The notes below the pieces were generated by a model. The model saw only the letters and a program-made list of their open reading frames with translations. It was not told the DNA's origin and made no database searches. From the NCBI GenBank assembly GCA_041576165.1, contig JBFGLM010000089.1:1-11973 (forward strand): a DNA stretch of 11,973 nucleotides, written 5' to 3'. Below, piece by piece: positions 7,162 to 11,973 of this stretch. A program made the position numbers and the translations under genes. This DNA comes from Acidimicrobiia bacterium. GTDB lineage: Bacteria; Actinomycetota; Acidimicrobiia; Spongiisociales; Spongiisociaceae. Each line of letters begins with the position of its first letter. Position 1 is the first letter of the stretch.

Positions 7162-7707
7162 ATGCAGGCGATGGAGACGGACCTGGGGGAAGTGCTGGTC
7201 CTCGAGCCCACCGTCCACGGCGACGACCGGGGGTTCTTTTTCGAGGCTTGGAACCGCAGAACGTTTGTGAACGTGACCGGTGTGGCGGCCGATTTCGTGC
7301 AAGACAACCACTCGAAATCCGCTTTCGGGGTCGTGCGGGGCCTCCACTATCAGTACCCGTCCGCCCAGGCGAAGCTGGTCCGGTGTGGAGTGGGAGCGGT
7401 TTGGGACGTTGTCGTCGACATCCGGGCTTCGTCGCCTGAATTCGGCCGCTGGTTCGGGATCGAGCTCACTGCGGACAACAAACGCCAGTTGTGGATTCCG
7501 CAGGGATACGCCCACGGGTTCGTCGCGTTGACCGACGGAGCCGAACTGCTCTACAAGACCACGGAATACTATGACCAGGCTTCAGACCGGGTGATTGCCT
7601 GGGATGATCCCGAGATCGACATCGCGTGGCCGCTGCCGGACGATCCGGTTCTGTCGGAGCGGGATCGAGCAGCTCCGGCGCTGCGGGATGCGGTGTTGTT
7701 TCCATGA
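7162..7707 (+). CDS. rmlC: dTDP-4-dehydrorhamnose 3,5-epimerase, 181 aa
   Basis: Motifs EPTVHGDDRGFFFE, FVQDNHSKS..GVVRGLHYQ, QAKLVRC..G.VWDVVVDIR..SP.FG.W, LWIPQGYAHGF, YKTTEYY, WDDP, LSERD. Start moved from the ORF-track 7099 to ATG 7162 (MQAMETDLGEVLVLEP), which matches the usual RmlC N-terminus and avoids overlapping the divergent gene. Confidence 0.96.
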   Translation: MQAMETDLGEVLVLEPTVHGDDRGFFFEAWNRRTFVNVTGVAADFVQDNHSKSAFGVVRGLHYQYPSAQAKLVRCGVGAVWDVVVDIRASSPEFGRWFGIELTADNKRQLWIPQGYAHGFVALTDGAELLYKTTEYYDQASDRVIAWDDPEIDIAWPLPDDPVLSERDRAAPALRDAVLFP

Positions 7708-7737
7708 GTCGCTAGGTTCGCACCCGACGAGGAGAAC

Positions 7738-8706
7738 ATGGCGCGCAAGTATCTCGTGACCGGCGGCGCCGGCTTCATCGGGTCGAATTTCATCCGCCTG
7801 GTGCTCGAGCGCGAGCCGGACGCGACCGTCACCAATCTCGACTCGCTCACCTACGCCGGCGTGAAGACCACGGTGGACGAGCTCGACCGCTTCGAGCGCC
7901 ACACCTTCGTGCTCGGTGACATCCGCGATGCAGCCCTGATCGACGAGCTAGTGCCGGGCCACGACGTGGTGGTGAACTTTGCCGCGGAAAGCCACGTCGA
8001 CCGTTCGATCGATGGCCCCGCTGTGTTCCTCGAGACGAACGTCGTGGGGACAGGAGTGTTGATCGACGCCGCCCGGCGGCACCGAGTAGCCCGGTTCGTC
8101 CAGGTGTCGACCGACGAGGTGTACGGATCCATCCCCGAGGGGTTCGCGGCCGAAGACGCCCGCCTCGAGCCATCGTCGCCCTATTCGGCCTCCAAGGCTG
8201 GTGCCGATCTGCTCGTACAGTCCTACGAGGTCACGTACGAGTACCCGGCGATCATCACCCGCTGCACCAACAACTACGGCCCCTACCAATTCCCCGAAAA
8301 GGTGATTCCGCTGTTCGTGACCAACCTCTTCGAGGGCCACAAGGTGCCGTTGTACGGCGCCGGGCTCAACGAGCGCGACTGGCTGCACGTGGAAGATCAC
8401 TGCGCCGCGATCCACCTGCTGGTCTGCGAGGGCGCCCCGGGGGACATCTACAACGTCGGAGCCAACGCCCAGCTCAACAACCTCGATCTGACCAAGCGGA
8501 TACTGGCCGTCCTCGGCAAAGACGAGTCCTTCATCGAGTACGTGCCGGACCGCCCGGGCCACGATCTCCGCTATGCAGTCGATTCGTCGAAGATTCGGAG
8601 TCTGGGCTGGGCGCCGACCAGCACCCTCGATGAGCGGCTCGAGGAAACAGTCGAGTGGTATCGCCGGCGCGAAGACTGGTGGCGGCCTCTGAAAACCGGC
8701 ACATGA
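7738..8706 (+). CDS. rmlB: dTDP-glucose 4,6-dehydratase, 322 aa
   Basis: Motifs VTGGAGFIGSNF, LDSLTYAG, FAAESHVDRSI, VSTDEVYG, PSSPYSASKA (YxxxK), NNYGPYQFPEKVIP, RDWLHVEDH, DRPGHDLRYA. GAGGAG RBS just upstream. Confidence 0.97.
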   Translation: MARKYLVTGGAGFIGSNFIRLVLEREPDATVTNLDSLTYAGVKTTVDELDRFERHTFVLGDIRDAALIDELVPGHDVVVNFAAESHVDRSIDGPAVFLETNVVGTGVLIDAARRHRVARFVQVSTDEVYGSIPEGFAAEDARLEPSSPYSASKAGADLLVQSYEVTYEYPAIITRCTNNYGPYQFPEKVIPLFVTNLFEGHKVPLYGAGLNERDWLHVEDHCAAIHLLVCEGAPGDIYNVGANAQLNNLDLTKRILAVLGKDESFIEYVPDRPGHDLRYAVDSSKIRSLGWAPTSTLDERLEETVEWYRRREDWWRPLKTGT

Positions 8707-8731
8707 CGCACGACCAGCTGATTGACCAGTG

Positions 8732-9595
8732 ATGAAAGGCATCGTGCTCGCCGGGGGTGCCGGGAGCCGGCTCGATCCGATCACCCGCGTTGCGTCCAAG
8801 CAGCTCCAGCCGGTCTACGACAAGCCCATGATCTACTACCCGCTGGCAACGCTGATGCAGGCGGGCATCCGCGACATCCTGATCATCACGACCCCACAGG
8901 ACGTCCCGCGTTTCCAGGAGCTGCTGGAGGACGGCAGCCAGTGGGGTATCAGCCTGACCTACGCCGTGCAGCCTGAGCCGAAGGGCATCGCCCAGGCGTT
9001 TCTGGTGGGGGAGGACTTCGTCGAGGACGAGCCGGTCACGCTGATCTTGGGCGATAACATCTTTTACGGACGGATCGGTCTCGACCATGTGGTTCGCGAG
9101 CTGACCGAGGGGGCGTACGTATTTGGCTACCCGGTCCGTGATCCGGAGCGATACGGCGTGGTTGAGTTTGATCGCGAAGGTCGGGTGGTGTCGCTCGAAG
9201 AGAAGCCGGCCAAACCCAAGTCACGATTCGCCGTCCCCGGTCTATATGTCTACGACAAGCACGTGGTGGACATTGCCAAGTCGATCGAGCCGTCGGCCCG
9301 GGGCGAGCTGGAAATCACCGACGTCAACAAGACCTATCTCGAAAAGGGCCAGCTGCAGGTTCAACTGTTCGATCGGGGCGTGGCGTGGCTCGACAGCGGC
9401 ACGCACGACAGTCTGTTGGAGGCGGCCAATTTCATCGCCACGGTCGAGCATCGCCAGTCGATCAAGATCGCCTGCTTGGAGGAGATCGCCGTCCGCGAGG
9501 GTTTCGTGGACCGCGAGCACTTCGCCGCCGTCGTGGAGGTCATGCCGGCGTCCACCTACCGGACGTACCTCGAAGAGGTGCTCGCCGAACTGTGA
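8732..9595 (+). CDS. rmlA: Glucose-1-phosphate thymidylyltransferase (short form), 287 aa
   Basis: Motifs [87 protein letters not shown]. Start is ATG 8732 or the adjacent GTG 8729. Confidence 0.97.
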   Translation: MKGIVLAGGAGSRLDPITRVASKQLQPVYDKPMIYYPLATLMQAGIRDILIITTPQDVPRFQELLEDGSQWGISLTYAVQPEPKGIAQAFLVGEDFVEDEPVTLILGDNIFYGRIGLDHVVRELTEGAYVFGYPVRDPERYGVVEFDREGRVVSLEEKPAKPKSRFAVPGLYVYDKHVVDIAKSIEPSARGELEITDVNKTYLEKGQLQVQLFDRGVAWLDSGTHDSLLEAANFIATVEHRQSIKIACLEEIAVREGFVDREHFAAVVEVMPASTYRTYLEEVLAEL

Positions 9596-9639
9596 GGCTG
9601 TCCTGGAATCGGTCGGCGGGGGAGGTGCGGGCTGATCAG

Positions 9640-9816
9640 ATGGGCAGCCAGCCCAGTTCTGTTGGGTCGACCCACACCAAGGCGAGGCATGTCCGGTACG
9701 AAGTCAAATCCCGGAGCGGTGTAGCGCAGATCGACCTGCCGCTTCCGATCCGGCTGCAGGTGGGTCGGTGCAGCTGCCAGACTGCGGACCCGATGCATCT
9801 CCGGAATCCAGAATGA
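9640..9816 (+). CDS. Possible small hypothetical ORF (58 aa) filling the rmlA-rmlD gap
   Basis: ATG 9640 is preceded by GGAGGT (9621-9626, long 13-nt spacing). About three-quarters of codons end in G/C by hand count. The TGA overlaps the rmlD ATG (ATGA 9813-9816). No recognisable family. Confidence 0.2.
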   Translation: MGSQPSSVGSTHTKARHVRYEVKSRSGVAQIDLPLPIRLQVGRCSCQTADPMHLRNPE

Positions 9817-10658
9817 TCGTGGTGACGGGAGCCGAGGGCCAGCTGGGCACGGCGTTCCGATCGCTCCTGTCCGACGCCACTTTCCTCACCCGAAGCGAGC
9901 TGGATCTGACAGCCACCGACTCCATCCGCCCCTCGCTGGAGGCGCTCGACCCTGATCTCATCATCAACTGCGCCGCTTACACGGCGGTCGACCGGGCCGA
10001 GAGCGAAGAAGAGCTCGCCTATCTCGTCAATGCACTAGCGGTGCGCGAGATGGGCTGGATGTGTGCCGACTTCTCGATTCCGCTCGTCACGTTCTCCACC
10101 GACTACGTCTTCGACGGCACCTCTCGGGTGCCGTATCTCGAGTCGGATGCCGTCTGCCCGATCAACGCCTACGGCCGCACCAAGGCGGCAGGAGAACGGT
10201 TCGTTGAAGAGACTCATCCCGACGCCCTGATCATTCGCACCGCCTGGCTGATTTCGGGGACACATGACAATTTCGTGGCTTCGGTGCTGCGGCTGGCACC
10301 CGAACGGGAGCTGTCGGTCGTAGACGACCAGGTGGGCTGTCCGACGATCGTCGACGATCTCGCCCGGGCCAGCCTGGAGGCCGTCGAGGCCGGAGCCAGC
10401 GGGCTCCTGCACTTGTGCAACGCGGGCACGGCTTCGTGGTTCGAGCTGGCCCGCGTTGCGCTGGAATCAGCCGGCCTCGATCCCGACCGCGTCGCACCCA
10501 TATCCAGCGAGGACTACGAAACCGAGGCGAAACGCCCGGCTTACTCGGTGCTCGGGAGCGAGCGGCGGGAAGCACTGGGGATCGATCGCCTGCCGGCGTG
10601 GCAGGAATCGTTGGGGTCGATCGTGCGGCAACTGACGGATGCGTCAACCGGCACCTGA
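9813..10658 (+). CDS. rmlD: dTDP-4-dehydrorhamnose reductase, 281 aa
   Basis: Motifs MIVVTGAEGQLG, NCAAYTAVDRAE, FSTDYVFDG, PINAYGRTKAAGE (YxxxK), VDDQVGCPT, AKRPAYSVL. Start placed at ATG 9813 because the Rossmann strand begins there; the ORF-track start is GTG 9768. Confidence 0.96.
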   Translation: MIVVTGAEGQLGTAFRSLLSDATFLTRSELDLTATDSIRPSLEALDPDLIINCAAYTAVDRAESEEELAYLVNALAVREMGWMCADFSIPLVTFSTDYVFDGTSRVPYLESDAVCPINAYGRTKAAGERFVEETHPDALIIRTAWLISGTHDNFVASVLRLAPERELSVVDDQVGCPTIVDDLARASLEAVEAGASGLLHLCNAGTASWFELARVALESAGLDPDRVAPISSEDYETEAKRPAYSVLGSERREALGIDRLPAWQESLGSIVRQLTDASTGT

Positions 10659-10673
10659 GGGGCGCACCGTCGC

Positions 10674-11741
10674 ATGATCCACGTCTTCATCGGCACCAAA
10701 GCTCAATACATCAAAACCGCGCCGCTGATACGGCTCATGGATGCCCGCGGCGTCGAGTACCGACTGATCGACTCCGGTCAACACGCTGCGCTCAGCGTCG
10801 AATTGCGCGCCGAACTCGGCGTGCGGCCACCGGACTACGTGTTTGCTGCCGACCGGGACGTCGCCTCGATACCTGCTGCCGTCCGATGGGCGGGGCGCCT
10901 GGCCGGGCGGCTTCTCTCCGCAGCCCGGCTCCGCGAAGACGTCTTTGGCGGCTACGGCGGCATTTGCGTCGTTCATGGCGACACGCCATCGACGCTGCTG
11001 TCGGCGGCGATGGCGCGCCGGGCCGGTCTCCGGGTGGCGCATATCGAAGCCGGGCTGCGATCTCACCGCTTGTTGCATCCCTTCCCGGAGGAACTGATCC
11101 GCGTGGTAGTCATGCGGATGGCCAACCTGTTGTTCGCACCTGATGCCGACGCTGTAGCCAACCTGACCGCGATGGGCATACGCGGTGAGGTCGTGCCGCT
11201 GGCCGGCAATACCTCGATTGAGGCCGTTCGGTACGCGGCGGCCGGCTCGATGGGCCGCGACGGACCGGCAATATTCACGATGCATCGGGTGGAGAACCTG
11301 CATCGCCGGGCGCGGGTCGAGGCGTTCGTCGAGCTGCTCGAGCGTGCTGCTGCGCTCGGTCCGATCCGCCTGGTCATGCATGAGCCGACCCGGGCCGCCC
11401 TCGAGGGACACCTGCTGGACCGGATCCAGGCGGCCGGGGTAGAGACCGTTCCGCTGGTGCCCCACACCGAATTTGTCGGCATGCTGGCGGCGGCGCCGTA
11501 TGTCGTGACGGATGGAGGATCGGTGCAGGAGGAGTGCGCGTTGCTGGGAGTCCCCACGCTGCTGTGGCGGGAGCGCACCGAGCGCGCCAACGGCCTCGAC
11601 CACAACGTGGTGCTCAGTCGTTATCGCCCCGCAGTGGTCCGGTCTTTCCTGGAGGACCCGGATCGGCGCCGGCGGGTGCCGGTATTGCCCGACGTCAATC
11701 CGTCCGAGCAGGTGCTCGACCGGCTCGTCGCGATGCAATGA
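10674..11741 (+). CDS. UDP-N-acetylglucosamine 2-epimerase family protein (WecB/MnaA-like, divergent), 355 aa
   Basis: Motifs GTKAQYIKTAP, SGQH, VHGDTPSTL, HIEAGLRS, PFPEELIR, GNT, TMHRVEN, VTDGGSVQEE, RERTER, all in the family order. GAGGGG lies upstream. The symbol is withheld because two signature motifs deviate. Confidence 0.88.
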   Translation: MIHVFIGTKAQYIKTAPLIRLMDARGVEYRLIDSGQHAALSVELRAELGVRPPDYVFAADRDVASIPAAVRWAGRLAGRLLSAARLREDVFGGYGGICVVHGDTPSTLLSAAMARRAGLRVAHIEAGLRSHRLLHPFPEELIRVVVMRMANLLFAPDADAVANLTAMGIRGEVVPLAGNTSIEAVRYAAAGSMGRDGPAIFTMHRVENLHRRARVEAFVELLERAAALGPIRLVMHEPTRAALEGHLLDRIQAAGVETVPLVPHTEFVGMLAAAPYVVTDGGSVQEECALLGVPTLLWRERTERANGLDHNVVLSRYRPAVVRSFLEDPDRRRRVPVLPDVNPSEQVLDRLVAMQ

Positions 11742-11973
11742 CCTCGGCTGCTGCGGTCGCGACCGCATCCCGAATGAGAATCACGACCCGGTAGCCGCCG
11801 ATCAGCAACGCCGTCGTGGCAATCGCATCGTCGGCCAACACGGACGCCAGTGTGACTTCGAAAACCCCTATGCCCTGTGGCGCCACGAACGCCAGGAACC
11901 CGACCCCCCACGAGAACAGAAAGCCGCCCACGATCGACGGCAGGTCGAAGCCGTCGGCCGCAGGGAAGGCCCG
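11695..11973 (-). CDS. Flippase-like membrane protein, LPG_synthase_TM/YbhN type (3' end only)
   Basis: The frame is open to the window edge: RAFPAADGFDLPSIVGGFLFSWGVGFLAFVAPQGIGVFEVTLASVL...ALLIGGYRVVILIRD. Hydrophobic helices with the P.G.G..E motif followed by a YR motif match the C-terminal part of this family. Confidence 0.7.
   Translation of the reverse strand, partial: RAFPAADGFDLPSIVGGFLFSWGVGFLAFVAPQGIGVFEVTLASVLADDAIATTALLIGGYRVVILIRDAVATAAAEVIASRRAGRAPARTD

Noticed and set aside
9768-9812. GTG-initiated N-terminal extension of rmlD
   Set aside because: The extra residues (MQLPDCGPDASPESR) are not RmlD-like, and the Rossmann motif begins right after ATG 9813.
9596-9812. tRNA, riboswitch, MITE or CRISPR in the long intergenic gap
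   Set aside because: No cloverleaf or T-loop GTTCRA, no terminal inverted repeats with target duplication, no regularly spaced repeats and no riboswitch consensus that I can recognise.

Overview
High-GC (roughly two-thirds G+C by eye) bacterial surface-glycan biosynthesis locus. The TANNNT-type promoters and a probable leaderless gene suggest an actinobacterium, but this is inference. Two arms diverge from a 61-bp spacer at 7101-7161. The leftward (minus) arm encodes a 1051-aa tri-modular glycosyltransferase (N-terminal coiled coil + GT2 + two tandem GT-B/CgeB-like modules), a 627-aa coiled-coil/TPR-GT4, a 358-aa GT4, a Wzm/TagG-type ABC permease and the first 36 codons of a Wzt/TagH-type ATPase that the ORF track missed. 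The rightward (plus) arm encodes the complete dTDP-L-rhamnose pathway in the order rmlC-rmlB-rmlA-rmlD and a divergent WecB-like UDP-GlcNAc 2-epimerase. The 3' end of a convergent flippase-like (LPG_synthase_TM/YbhN-type) membrane gene closes the window. The most interesting signals are the internally duplicated three-active-site GT and a coiled-coil + basic amphipathic helix module shared by two adjacent GTs next to an ABC exporter, a possible polymerase/ruler complex. Also notable are the non-canonical epimerase motifs, overlapping back-to-back promoters, and tiny ORFs that could translationally couple the SD-less rml genes. No rRNA, tRNA, CRISPR or mobile element was seen.
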